Origin: an uncultured Candidatus Rokubacteria bacterium
Lineage (GTDB): Bacteria; Methylomirabilota; Methylomirabilia; Rokubacteriales; DASRDR01
Assembly: GCA_963826115.1 (NCBI GenBank)
Contig: CAWGVS010000010.1
Location: 64,001 to 128,000, forward strand
Length of the DNA stretch: 64,000 nt
Direction of reading: 5' to 3'
The notes under the pieces were generated by a model. It made no database searches, was not told the DNA's origin, and saw nothing but the letters and a program-made list of their open reading frames with translations. Below, piece after piece: positions 45,775 to 55,054 of this stretch. Numbering within the stretch: the first letter of the stretch is position 1; every line of letters begins with the position of its first letter. A program made the translations under genes and the position numbers.

Positions 45775-47924
45775 GGCGCGCGCCGGCCGGCCCGCAGGCG
45801 GAGCAGGGCGAGGCTCCGGGCCTCCAGGGGAAACAGGTCGCCGGCCTTGAAGGCCCGCACGCCCGGCGGCGACCAGTCCCGCGTGTCCAGGATCAGCTCC
45901 CAGCGCATCCGCGTGCGGTGGGCGGGCACGACGAAATCCAGCGGCGCGTGGTGCGCATTGAGGAGGAGCAGGAAGGTGTCGTCGCGGATGGGCTCGCCCG
46001 CGCGGTCCGTTTCTTCGATCGCGTCGCCGGCGAGCCGGAGCCCCAGGCAGCGCGTGAAGCCGTTGGTCCACTCCTCCTCGGTCATCTCCTTTCCGTCGGG
46101 CCGGAACCAGGACAGGTCCTTGACCTCGGAGCCCTCGATGCGGCGTCCCTGGAAGAAGCGGCGTCGGTGGAAGACGGGATGCGCGAGTCGGAGGCGGATC
46201 AGGCGCCGCGTGTACTCGAGCTGAGACTTGGCCGCGCGGGAGAGCGACCAGTCCATCCACGAGATCTCGTTGTCCTGGCAGTACGCGTTGTTGTTGCCCT
46301 GCTGGCTCCGCCCGAGCTCGTCGCCCGCCAGGAGCATGGGGACGCCCTGTGAGAGGAGGAGCGTGGCCAGGAAGTTGCGGAACATCCGCTCACGGAGCGC
46401 GATCACGGCGGCGTCGGCAGTGCGGCCCTCGACGCCGCAGTTCCAGGAGAGGTTGTCGGCGGTCCCGTCCCGGTTCTCCTCTCCGTTGGCCTCGTTGTGC
46501 TTGTCGTTGAAGCTGACGAGATCGAGGAGGGTGAAACCGTCGTGGGCGGTCACGAAGTTGATGCTGGCCGACGGCCGCCGCCCCCCGGACTCGTAGAGGT
46601 CGCTCGATCCGGTCAGGCGGTAGGCGAGATCGGGGACCTGGCCGCCGTCGCCCTTCCAGTACCGCCGGATCGTGTCCCGGTACCGGCCATTCCACTCGGC
46701 CCAGCCCGCCGGGAAGTTGCCCACCTGGTATCCGCCGTCCCCGAGGTCCCAGGGCTCGGCGATCAGCTTGACCTGGCTGATCAGGGGGTCCTGGTGGATC
46801 ACGTCGAAGAAGGACGACAGCCGGTCCACCTCGTGGAGCTCGCGGGCCAGGGCGGAGGCGAGGTCGAACCGGAAGCCGTCGACGTGCATCTCCGACACCC
46901 AGTAGCGGAGGCTGTCCATCAGCAGCTGGACGCAGCGGGGATGCGTCATGTCGAGCGTGTTGCCGCAGCCCGTGTAGTCCATGTAGTAGCGCCGATCGTC
47001 CGCGACCAGCCGGTAGTAGGCCGCGTTGTCGATCCCGCGGAAGCAGAGGGTGGGCCCGAGGTGGTTGCCCTCCGCCGTGTGGTTGTAGACGACGTCGAGG
47101 ATCACCTCGATGCCGGCCTCGTGGAGGGCCTTGACCATCTGCTTGAACTCGCGCACCTGGTCGCCGCGCACGCCCGCGCTCGCGTAGCGCGAGTCGGGAG
47201 CGAAGAAGCCCACGGTGTTGTAGCCCCAGTAGTTGGTCAGGCCCCGGTCGGCCAGATGGCGGTCGCGGACGAAGTGGTGGACCGGCATGAGCTCGATGGC
47301 GGTCACGCCGAGCCGGCGCAGATGGTCGATCGCCGCGGGTGAGGCGAGGCCGGCGTAGGTCCCGCGGAGCGCCTTGGGGACTCCGGGACTCCGGGCGGTG
47401 AGGCCCCGGACGTGCGCCTCGTAGATCACCGTCAGGTGCCACGGGGTCCTGAGCGGCCGGTCGTCGCCCCACGTGAAGGCGTCGTCCACGACGACGCTCT
47501 TGGGCACGAACGGCGCGCTGTCGCGGTCGTCCCGCGTGAGGTCGGCGTCGGGGTCGCCGACGCGGTACCCGAAGATGGCGTCGCTCCACTCGATGTTCCC
47601 GGCGATCGCGCGCGCGTACGGGTCGAGGACGAGCTTCCGCGCGTTGAAGCGGTGGCCGGCGGTGGGCTCCCACGGGCCGTCGACCCGGTAGCCGTAGAGG
47701 TCGCCCGGTCGGCCCTCGGGCAGGTAGAGGTGCCAGACCTGGTCGGTGCGCTCGACCATCGGCAGGCGCTGGACCTCGGCGCCGGGATCGGCGGCGTCGA
47801 ACCGGCAGAGCTCGACGCCGGTCGCGTGCTCGCTGAACAGCGCGAAGTTGACACCGGCCCCATCCCACGTGGCGCCGAGGGGATAGGGGCGGCCCGGCCG
47901 CGTCCGGGGCGGGGCGGCCCTCAT
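45771..47924 (-). CDS. glgX: Glycogen debranching enzyme
   Basis: GRPYPLGATW, NYWGYNT, ILDVVYNHTAEG, VDGFRFDLA, KLIAEPWD, INFVTAHDGFTL, GNNNAYCQDN. Confidence 0.95.
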   Translation of the reverse strand: MRAAPPRTRPGRPYPLGATWDGAGVNFALFSEHATGVELCRFDAADPGAEVQRLPMVERTDQVWHLYLPEGRPGDLYGYRVDGPWEPTAGHRFNARKLVLDPYARAIAGNIEWSDAIFGYRVGDPDADLTRDDRDSAPFVPKSVVVDDAFTWGDDRPLRTPWHLTVIYEAHVRGLTARSPGVPKALRGTYAGLASPAAIDHLRRLGVTAIELMPVHHFVRDRHLADRGLTNYWGYNTVGFFAPDSRYASAGVRGDQVREFKQMVKALHEAGIEVILDVVYNHTAEGNHLGPTLCFRGIDNAAYYRLVADDRRYYMDYTGCGNTLDMTHPRCVQLLMDSLRYWVSEMHVDGFRFDLASALARELHEVDRLSSFFDVIHQDPLISQVKLIAEPWDLGDGGYQVGNFPAGWAEWNGRYRDTIRRYWKGDGGQVPDLAYRLTGSSDLYESGGRRPSASINFVTAHDGFTLLDLVSFNDKHNEANGEENRDGTADNLSWNCGVEGRTADAAVIALRERMFRNFLATLLLSQGVPMLLAGDELGRSQQGNNNAYCQDNEISWMDWSLSRAAKSQLEYTRRLIRLRLAHPVFHRRRFFQGRRIEGSEVKDLSWFRPDGKEMTEEEWTNGFTRCLGLRLAGDAIEETDRAGEPIRDDTFLLLLNAHHAPLDFVVPAHRTRMRWELILDTRDWSPPGVRAFKAGDLFPLEARSLALLRLRAGRRAP

Positions 47925-48952
47925 TTCTCCGAGCCGGCGCCGACCGGCTCGGTCAGGCGATCCAGCCACGGCGGCGTGATCCGGAGGCGCTCGAGGCTCC
48001 GCACCACCCGGCGCGGTGATCCCCAGTCGCACCAGGTCACGCCGGTCAGCATCGCGACGGCGAGCATCGGGGCCACGTGTTCCAGCACGTCGCGGGAGAA
48101 GTTGGCCACAGGGAGGGCGGCGTGAAGGCGCCGGACCGCCTCCGGCCGCGCCCCGCCGCTCGCCAGGCGCATCACCCGTTCGAGCTCCGCGTGAAGCCCC
48201 GGGACGCCCCGCCGCCCCGCTTCCACTAGCGCGCGCGCCTTTCCCACGAAGACGAACGTGTTCCATGCCGCTCCCACCGCCAGGCACCGTCGCGCCACGT
48301 CGAGGGAGGGCTTCTCGACGAATCGCCGGACGGCGCGCACGACCGTTCGGCCGGCGTGGCCGAGGCCCGCGCCCGGTTCGATCCAGCCGTACTCCGTCTC
48401 GGCCTCCGTCGCGGGTACTCCGAGGAGCACGATTCGCCCCGGGTGCGCGTCGACGTACACGGCGGCGTCCGCGACCTGGGCCATGAACGCCTCCTCGAGC
48501 ACGAGGTGATCGGACGGAAAGACGGCAACCGTCGCGTGGGGAGCCCGGCTCGCGATCCAGTGGACGGGGAGGAGCACCCCGGCTGCCGTCCCCCGATCGA
48601 CCGGCTGGAGCAGGATGCTCGGGCTCGGGTCGGGCATCGCCATTGCGAGATAGCTCGCGTGGCTCTCGACGCTGATGACGACCGTGCGAGGGGCCGGGAC
48701 TCGGAGGGCCGTGCGATCGAGCGTCTGGCGGAGGAGGGACCGGCTCCCGGTGACGGTCACGTATTGCTTTGGACGGTCGTCGCCGCAGATGACGCGTGTG
48801 AGCGGCCGGAGCCGGACGCCTTCGCCGCCGGCGAGGATGACGGCCCAGAGCCCGCCGGCGGCCTGCCGGCGCACCGACGCTGGCGGCGGGGGAGTGCCGG
48901 GTGACGTTGCGGTCTCGGTGACGGAAGAATCGACCGCGATGGGCAGCGTCAT
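47921..48952 (-). CDS. Sugar-phosphate nucleotidyltransferase (mannose-1-P guanylyltransferase-like)
   Basis: AVILAGGEGVRL, PKQY, QPVDRGTA, FPSDH, EYGWIE, FVEKP, WCDWGSP. Confidence 0.88.
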   Translation of the reverse strand: MTLPIAVDSSVTETATSPGTPPPPASVRRQAAGGLWAVILAGGEGVRLRPLTRVICGDDRPKQYVTVTGSRSLLRQTLDRTALRVPAPRTVVISVESHASYLAMAMPDPSPSILLQPVDRGTAAGVLLPVHWIASRAPHATVAVFPSDHLVLEEAFMAQVADAAVYVDAHPGRIVLLGVPATEAETEYGWIEPGAGLGHAGRTVVRAVRRFVEKPSLDVARRCLAVGAAWNTFVFVGKARALVEAGRRGVPGLHAELERVMRLASGGARPEAVRRLHAALPVANFSRDVLEHVAPMLAVAMLTGVTWCDWGSPRRVVRSLERLRITPPWLDRLTEPVGAGSEK

Positions 48953-48964
48953 GCCGGCGGAGGA

Positions 48965-48980
48965 TGCAACCGCGATTCCA
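48965..48980 (-). promoter_or_regulatory. sigma54 -24/-12 promoter (NTase-glgX-treY-ferritin operon)
   Basis: TGGAATCGCGGTTGCA (minus strand), 12 nt before ATG 48952. Confidence 0.7.
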
Positions 48981-49091
48981 CGCGCGATGCCGTGGCGTCC
49001 TGCCGCGCGGGTGCAGATGCAACATGCGACGGACGCACGTGGCGGCGCGCGGACCGCCGGTTCTCGGTCCGGACCGGTATGCGACTTGCGG

Positions 49092-49123
49092 CGACACGAT
49101 GTCGTGCGCGCGACATCGTGACG
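49092..49123. promoter_or_regulatory. Putative bEBP enhancer (UAS), near-consensus copy
   Basis: CGACA-CGA-TGTCG-TGCGCG-CGACA-TCG-TGACG. Confidence 0.75.
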
Positions 49124-49169
49124 GCGCACTCGATGGAGCGCCGGATCGAGACGAGAGGTCCGAAGGCGA

Positions 49170-49322
49170 TCAGGCGGGGACGGGCTTGGCGCACTCCGGG
49201 CAGATCTCGCGCTCGCTGTCGAACGCGATACCGTGGATCGAACAGCGGATCATGCGGGTTTCGGAACCCTTGGTGCGCTGCTCGGGCGGGCGCGGGATCA
49301 CGGGGCAGGTCGGGCACGGCAT
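49170..49322 (-). CDS. 50-aa Cys-rich (putative Zn-binding) microprotein
   Basis: GAGGA RBS. MPCPTC...CSIH...CPEC. Downstream of a sigma54 box. Confidence 0.55.
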   Translation of the reverse strand: MPCPTCPVIPRPPEQRTKGSETRMIRCSIHGIAFDSEREICPECAKPVPA

Positions 49323-49440
49323 GTCGTCCTCGGGGAGCGTGCTCGCTGCCGGCACGGACCGTGCACCGGCTCCGTCAATCGTGATGCCGCGCCACATTGC
49401 TCCAACCGCCATGCTCGACCTCCTTCACGCAGCAGGGGAG

Positions 49441-49456
49441 AGCAAGGCACGTGCCA
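49441..49456 (-). promoter_or_regulatory. sigma54 -24/-12 promoter
   Basis: TGGCACGTGCCTTGCT (minus strand), consensus. Confidence 0.82.
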
Positions 49457-49531
49457 CGAAACGCTCTCGAGCCGCTCGTCGAGAACGCTCGCAAGCATGC
49501 GCGAAATCAGCGCGAATCGATCGCGCGTCCA

Positions 49532-49574
49532 CGCCACCATGTCGTGCGCGCGCCGCCGTGTCATGCGCGAGACG
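49532..49574. promoter_or_regulatory. Putative bEBP enhancer (UAS) copy next to the kinase/bEBP operon
   Basis: CGCCA-CCA-TGTCG-TGCGCG-CGCCG-CCG-TGTCA-TGCGCG-AGACG. Confidence 0.62.
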
Positions 49575-49594
49575 CGTGATAGACTGAGGCCCCC

Positions 49595-51073
49595 GTGGGA
49601 CTGCGATTTCGCCTGGTCCTACTGCTCTTGGTGCCGATGACGCTCGTCGTCGCGGCCTTCGCGTACGTCTTGGTCCGGGAGCAGCGAGCCCAGCGGCGGG
49701 CGGAGTTCGACCTGCGCGTGAGCGTCACGAGCGCGGCGATTCGGCTCGCGGTGGAGAACGCGCTCCGGAGCGGGACCCTCGCCGACGTCGAGCGGCTGGC
49801 TCACGACCTGGTCGTGAAGCAGACGGAGATCGTGCGGATCCGGCTGCTGGATCGCGGCCTCGTCTCCCGCGTCGACGTGAACCTCTTCGCCGGGGGCGCC
49901 GGGGTGTCTCCCGACGAGCCCCGTCGGGTCCGCGACACGGGCCAGCCGACGGCCGTCGAGTACAAGGGCGGGGACACTCGCTTCCAGAGCGTGCTCCTGC
50001 CCGCCCGATCGGCCATCGACGGCGACGGCGTCCTGGAGGTCACCTTCCTGTCGGGCCGCCTGGAGGCCGATCTCCTCGGCGAGACCTACAAGATCGCGTT
50101 CCGTGGGGCGGTGCTGGTTCTCCTGTTGGGCCTGGTCGTGTGGGTCGCGTTCCAGCGCCTGGTGTTCCGTCCGGTCGCCGACCTCATGCAGGGGATCGAG
50201 CGCGTGGCGGCCGGGGAGGCGAGCGCGTCGGTTCCCGTGCGGCGCCGCGACGAGCTGGGTCAGGTGGCGGCGGCGTTCAACCGGATGGCCGAGCGGGTGC
50301 GGGAGGCCCGGCACCAGGTCGAGACCGAGACCGACCGGTCGCTCGAGCTCATGCGCCGGCTCCGGCAGACCGAGTCGCTGGCGATCGCCGGCAAGCTCTG
50401 CTCGAGCATCGCGCACGAGGTGGGGACGCCGCTCAACATCATCGCGGGGCGCGCGGAGCTCATGCTCCGAGCCCTTCCCAAGGACTCGCCACTCCGCGAG
50501 GACCTGAACGTCATCGTCACGCAGATCGACCGGATCTCGCGGATGATCCGGGCGGCCCTCGATCCCTTCCGGCAGCGCCAGCCCGAGCGGGCCGCGGTCG
50601 CGCCCGGTTCGGTGACCGAGGGGCTCCGGCCGCTCCTCCAGCACTTTGCCAAGAGCCGTGGCGTCACCCTGTCGGTGTCCATCCCGCCCGGGATCGCGCC
50701 GGTGTACGTCGACTCGGGCCATCTCCAGCAGGTCCTGATCAATCTCCTGACGAATGCCATCGAAGCCACCCCGTCCGGCGGGCGCGTCGAGGTGACGGCC
50801 GCGCCCAGCGCCAACGACGACCGGCCGGGCGTGGCCGTCGTCGTGCGGGACACGGGGTCGGGCATCTCGGAGGACGTCCTCCCCCGGATCTTCGATCCGT
50901 TCTTCAGCACGAAGCCGGCCCGCGACGGCGCGGGCCTCGGACTCGCGATCTGCCGAGACCTCGTCCGGTCGAACGGCAGCGACATCCAGGTTGCGAGCAA
51001 GCTCGGCGAAGGCACGGCCTTTACCGTCTGGCTGCCCGAGGCTGGGTCCGAAGGCAGGAAGGAGCAGTCATGA
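49595..51073 (+). CDS. HAMP-domain sensor histidine kinase (NtrB/AtoS-like)
   Basis: 2 TM, RRDELGQVAAAFNRM, SIAHEVGTPLN, QVLINLLTNAIEA, DTGSGI, FDPFFSTK, GLGL. Confidence 0.93.
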   Translation: MGLRFRLVLLLLVPMTLVVAAFAYVLVREQRAQRRAEFDLRVSVTSAAIRLAVENALRSGTLADVERLAHDLVVKQTEIVRIRLLDRGLVSRVDVNLFAGGAGVSPDEPRRVRDTGQPTAVEYKGGDTRFQSVLLPARSAIDGDGVLEVTFLSGRLEADLLGETYKIAFRGAVLVLLLGLVVWVAFQRLVFRPVADLMQGIERVAAGEASASVPVRRRDELGQVAAAFNRMAERVREARHQVETETDRSLELMRRLRQTESLAIAGKLCSSIAHEVGTPLNIIAGRAELMLRALPKDSPLREDLNVIVTQIDRISRMIRAALDPFRQRQPERAAVAPGSVTEGLRPLLQHFAKSRGVTLSVSIPPGIAPVYVDSGHLQQVLINLLTNAIEATPSGGRVEVTAAPSANDDRPGVAVVVRDTGSGISEDVLPRIFDPFFSTKPARDGAGLGLAICRDLVRSNGSDIQVASKLGEGTAFTVWLPEAGSEGRKEQS

Positions 51074-52437
51074 GATCCCGGATCCTGGTGGTGGACAACG
51101 ACGCCGACATGGTGGCGCTCCTGCGCCGTCACCTCGAGGTGGAGGGCTGGTCGGTGACGGCCGTGACGACCGGCGAGGACGCCCATGCCGCGCTGGCGCG
51201 CGAGGAGTACGCGGTCGTCCTGACCGACCTGGTCATGGAGCCGGTGGATGGGCTGGCCGTGCTGCGCGAGGCCCAGAAGGTCCAGCCGCGAGCGCGCGTC
51301 GTCCTCATGACGGCGTTCGGCAGTCTCGAGAGCGCGATCGACGCCATGCGCCAGGGTGCGTACGACTACCTCATGAAGCCGTTCAAGCTGCCGGAGCTGT
51401 CGGTGGTCGTCAACCGCGCCGTCGAGGACCAGCAACTGCGGGAGGAGAATCGCCGGCTCCGGGCCGAGGTCGAGCGCCGGTACAGCTTCGACAACATGCT
51501 CGGCCGCTCGAAGGCGATGCAGTCCGTGTTCGACCAGATCCGGGCGGTGGCGGACACCGACGCGCCGGTCCTCCTGCTCGGGGACAGCGGGTCGGGAAAG
51601 GAGCTGGTCTCGCGGGCCATCCACTGGCACAGCGGTCGCCGGGACGGGCCGTTCGTGGCCGTCAACTGCGCCGCGATTCCCGAGACCCTGCTGGAGTCCG
51701 AGCTCTTCGGCCACGAGCGGGGCGCCTTCACCGGCGCCGACCGGAAGCGCCGGGGCCTGTTCGTCGAAGCCCAAGGGGGCACGCTGCTGCTCGACGAGAT
51801 CGCTGAGATGCCGCAGTCGCTCCAGGTCAAGCTCCTGCGGGCCCTGCAGGACCGCGTGGTGCGGCCGGTCGGCGGGAACGAGGAGATCAAGGTGGACCTG
51901 CGCCTGATCAGCGCGACCAACCGCGACCTCCCGACGTTCGTGCGTCAGGCGAAGTTCCGGGAGGACCTCTACTACCGACTGGCGGTCATCCCGATCCGGA
52001 TCCCGAGCCTCCGGGAGCGGCCGGAGGACATCCCGCTTCTCGCCGAGCACTTCCTGAAGCGCGCGGCCGGGGGCATGGGCAAGGAGATCGAAGGCTTCGA
52101 CGAAGAGGCGCTCAAGTGGCTCCACGAGCACACGTGGCCGGGCAACGTCCGCGAGCTGGAGAACGTCGTGGAGCGCGCGGCGACGCTCGCCCGCGGGCGA
52201 CTCATCACGCGGGACGACCTCCGGATCGAGTTCACGCCGGGCTCCAGCAGCGAGCTGGGCGTGCGTCCCACGCTGGCCGAGGTCGAGACCCAGTACATCC
52301 GCCGAATCCTCGACGAGGTCCGGGGTGACAAGCGGGCGGCGGCCCGCATCCTCGGGATCAGCGTGCGGACGCTCCAGCGGATGCAGGCCAACCTGGTGCG
52401 GGTGGGTCCCGGCTTGCCTGAACCCCCGCAGCCGTGA
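51070..52437 (+). CDS. sigma54-dependent response regulator (NtrC/AtoC-family bEBP)
   Basis: REC domain, GDSGSGKE, ESELFGHERGAFTGA, LLLDEI, FREDLYYRL, WPGNVREL, Fis-type HTH (AARILGISVRTL). ATGA overlap. Confidence 0.95.
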   Translation: MRSRILVVDNDADMVALLRRHLEVEGWSVTAVTTGEDAHAALAREEYAVVLTDLVMEPVDGLAVLREAQKVQPRARVVLMTAFGSLESAIDAMRQGAYDYLMKPFKLPELSVVVNRAVEDQQLREENRRLRAEVERRYSFDNMLGRSKAMQSVFDQIRAVADTDAPVLLLGDSGSGKELVSRAIHWHSGRRDGPFVAVNCAAIPETLLESELFGHERGAFTGADRKRRGLFVEAQGGTLLLDEIAEMPQSLQVKLLRALQDRVVRPVGGNEEIKVDLRLISATNRDLPTFVRQAKFREDLYYRLAVIPIRIPSLRERPEDIPLLAEHFLKRAAGGMGKEIEGFDEEALKWLHEHTWPGNVRELENVVERAATLARGRLITRDDLRIEFTPGSSSELGVRPTLAEVETQYIRRILDEVRGDKRAAARILGISVRTLQRMQANLVRVGPGLPEPPQP

Positions 52438-52439
52438 TG

Positions 52440-52455
52440 TGGCACGGGCCTTGCT
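52440..52455 (+). promoter_or_regulatory. sigma54 -24/-12 promoter
   Basis: TGGCACGGGCCTTGCT right after the bEBP stop, 12 nt before ATG 52468. Confidence 0.82.
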
Positions 52456-52467
52456 CCTCGAGGGGGT

Positions 52468-52908
52468 ATGGCCCTCTCGGGGACTGCCCCCGGTGTCGCC
52501 GTGGATGAGGCCGACTACCGGCCCGCCACCCGCGTGCTCGTCGTCGACGACGACGACGAGATGCGCGCGCTCGTGCGCCGGACCCTCGAGTTCGAGGGCT
52601 ACGAGGTCAGCGAGCGCGATCGCGGCACGCACGTCGTGGAGGCGCTCCGGCGGACGCCGTGCGACCTGATCATCCTGGACAAGGAGATGCCGGGGGTTAC
52701 CGGCGTCGATCTGCTGCCGATTCTGCGGCGTGAGTTTCCGGAGGTGCCTGTCCTGTTCGTGACGGCGTTCGGCGGTCGACAGGTCGCCGACACCGCCCTC
52801 CGGCTTGGCGCCGCGCGCTACCTCGAGAAGCCCTTCCGGCTCGCCCAGCTCCGCGAGGCGGTGGACGAATTGCTGCGTCCGCCGGCCGACGAGCCGCGCG
52901 CGAGCTGA
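52468..52908 (+). CDS. Single-domain response regulator
   Basis: VLVVDDD, DLIILDKEMPG, VTAFG, YLEKPF. Confidence 0.9.
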   Translation: MALSGTAPGVAVDEADYRPATRVLVVDDDDEMRALVRRTLEFEGYEVSERDRGTHVVEALRRTPCDLIILDKEMPGVTGVDLLPILRREFPEVPVLFVTAFGGRQVADTALRLGAARYLEKPFRLAQLREAVDELLRPPADEPRAS

Positions 52909-52919
52909 CGGTCGCTTCC

Positions 52920-53882
52920 GTGGACGGACAGCTCGCCGCGAAGCCGGCGGCACGCGACGCCGGTGCTGACGCCGGAACCCGGCGCGCGCGGTATGGGGCC
53001 GACTCGGCGGTCCTCGATCCCGAGACACGCCGGATCTACCGGATGGCCCTCTCGGCGCTCCGGGAGGCGCGGATCGAGTTCATGATCGGCGGCGCGCACG
53101 CGCTCGCGCCATACACGGGCGTCGTCCGGGACACGAAGGACCTGGACGTCTTTCTCCGGAAAGAGGACTGCCCGCCCGCGCTTGCGGTCCTGGAGTCCGC
53201 GGGGTATCGGACCGAGCTCGCGTTCCCGCACTGGCTGGCCAAGGCGCACGCCGGGGAGCGCTTCATCGACCTGATCTTCGGCGCCGGGAACGCGGTCGCG
53301 ATGGTGGACGACCTCTGGTTCACCCACGCCACGCCCGGCCGCGTGCTGGGGATTCCCGTGCTCCTCTGCCCGCCCGAGGAGATGATCTGGTCGAAGGCGT
53401 TCATCATGGAGCGCGAGCGCTACGACGGCGCCGACATCGCGCACCTGATCCTCGCGTGCGGGGGCAATCTGGACTGGGGCCGCATCCTGGGGCGCTTCGG
53501 GCGGCGGTGGCGCGTCCTCCTGAGCCACCTCGTCCTGTTCGGCTTCATCTATCCGGGCGATCGCGATCTCGTGCCGGATGCCGTGCTGGCCCACCTCGTG
53601 CACCGGCTCAACCGGGAGCGCGCCGCCCCCCCGGATGACGCGCGGGTCTGCGACGGCACCCTGCTGTCGCGGCAGCAGTACCTGCTGGACGTCGGCGACC
53701 GCGGGTACGCCGACGGCCGACTCCTGCCCCGCGGCGAGATGACCGCGGCCGAGATCGCCGACTGGACCGCGGCGATCCCCGCGAGCGCGCACCCGCGCCC
53801 CGCCAGACCGGCCGCGCGCCGCGCCCTCTCTCCGGTTCGCTCCGGCACCCCGGCGTCCCATGCGCGTCGCCGCGGTCGGTGA
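52920..53882 (+). CDS. Pol-beta-type nucleotidyltransferase family protein
   Basis: FMIGGAHAL...RDTKDLDVF (GG..DxD), FIDLIF, MIWSKAF..ERERYDGAD. Confidence 0.82.
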   Translation: MDGQLAAKPAARDAGADAGTRRARYGADSAVLDPETRRIYRMALSALREARIEFMIGGAHALAPYTGVVRDTKDLDVFLRKEDCPPALAVLESAGYRTELAFPHWLAKAHAGERFIDLIFGAGNAVAMVDDLWFTHATPGRVLGIPVLLCPPEEMIWSKAFIMERERYDGADIAHLILACGGNLDWGRILGRFGRRWRVLLSHLVLFGFIYPGDRDLVPDAVLAHLVHRLNRERAAPPDDARVCDGTLLSRQQYLLDVGDRGYADGRLLPRGEMTAAEIADWTAAIPASAHPRPARPAARRALSPVRSGTPASHARRRGR

Positions 53883-54615
53883 CCTCCACTGCACCCGGTC
53901 GTCGCAGGGGGCGCTCCAGCCCCTGTTCGCGGCCGCCAGCGCGGGTGCAGACGTCCTGCTCCTCTGCGGAGACCTGACGGACTACGGGCTGCCGGACGAG
54001 GCCCGCGTGCTGGCCAAGGAGCTGGCGGCGACCCTCCGGATCCCGGCGGTCGCGGTCCTGGGCAATCACGACTACGAGTCGGGGCAGCACGAGGAGGTCG
54101 TGGCCATCCTCCGCGACGCAGGGGTCACCGTGCTGGACGGTGACGGCTGCGAGGTCGCCGGCGTGGGCATCGCCGGCGTGAAGGGGCTCGGCGGGGGCTT
54201 CGGGGAGCGGGCGCTCCAGCCGTGGGGCGAGGACATCATGAAGCGGTTCGTCCGGGAGACCGTGGACGAGGCGCTCAAGCTCGAATCGGCCCTCGCGCGC
54301 CTGCGGACCGCGCGGCGGATCGCGCTCCTCCACTACTCACCGATCCAGGCGACGGTGGAGGGCGAGCCGCCCGAGCTCTACCCGTTCCTCGGGTCGAGCC
54401 GGCTGGAGGAGCCGCTCCACCGGGTCCCGGTCGACCTCGTGTTCCATGGCCACGCGCATGGGGGCCAGCCCGAGGCGCGGACCCGCGCCGGAGTGCCCGT
54501 GTACAACGTGTGCCTGCCCCTCCTGCGCCGGCTCGATCCGGACCGACCGCCCGTCCGGATCGTCGAGCTGGCGGAGCCGCCGGGCGCTAGCCCCGGGCCC
54601 GGCGGCTCAGCGTGA
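53860..54615 (+). CDS. Calcineurin-like metallophosphoesterase
   Basis: GDLH, GDLTD, LGNHD, LLHYSP, HGHAH. Confidence 0.9.
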   Translation: MRVAAVGDLHCTRSSQGALQPLFAAASAGADVLLLCGDLTDYGLPDEARVLAKELAATLRIPAVAVLGNHDYESGQHEEVVAILRDAGVTVLDGDGCEVAGVGIAGVKGLGGGFGERALQPWGEDIMKRFVRETVDEALKLESALARLRTARRIALLHYSPIQATVEGEPPELYPFLGSSRLEEPLHRVPVDLVFHGHAHGGQPEARTRAGVPVYNVCLPLLRRLDPDRPPVRIVELAEPPGASPGPGGSA

Positions 54616-55054
54616 GGGTCCCGAACCGCGCCGGGACGTCCGGGCCGCCGGCGAACTCGCCCGTCAGCTGATCACCGGACTCCAGCGTCAGCACCAGCGC
54701 GCCCCCGCCGACCAGGTCGAAGAAGAGCCCCGAACGGGTGAGGCGTCCCTCGCGGCGGACGGTGTCCGCGACGCCGCCGTCGACGAAGGTGACGTGGGCC
54801 ACCACCGTCGACGTCCCGACTTCTGGCGCGATGATTACCTCCGCAGCCCCGTTCCGTCCGCTGTCGCCCGCGACCCACCGCCCGGTCCAGGCCCCGCCCA
54901 GGCGGGCCGCGGCCTCGGGCGCCCCGCTGGCGGCGGCGGAGCGCGACCCGGCGGGCCCGACTTCCGCGAGGGCCGCCAGCAGGACGACCGCGGCCACGGC
55001 CAGGAGGCGGCCGGTGCGGAGCACGACCGTGGTCCCACCCCCTCGCGCCATCAT
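54587..55054 (-). CDS. Secreted hypothetical protein
   Basis: Signal-like hydrophobic N-terminus, LGGAWTGRW beta domain. Confidence 0.6.
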   Translation of the reverse strand: MMARGGGTTVVLRTGRLLAVAAVVLLAALAEVGPAGSRSAAASGAPEAAARLGGAWTGRWVAGDSGRNGAAEVIIAPEVGTSTVVAHVTFVDGGVADTVRREGRLTRSGLFFDLVGGGALVLTLESGDQLTGEFAGGPDVPARFGTLTLSRRARG

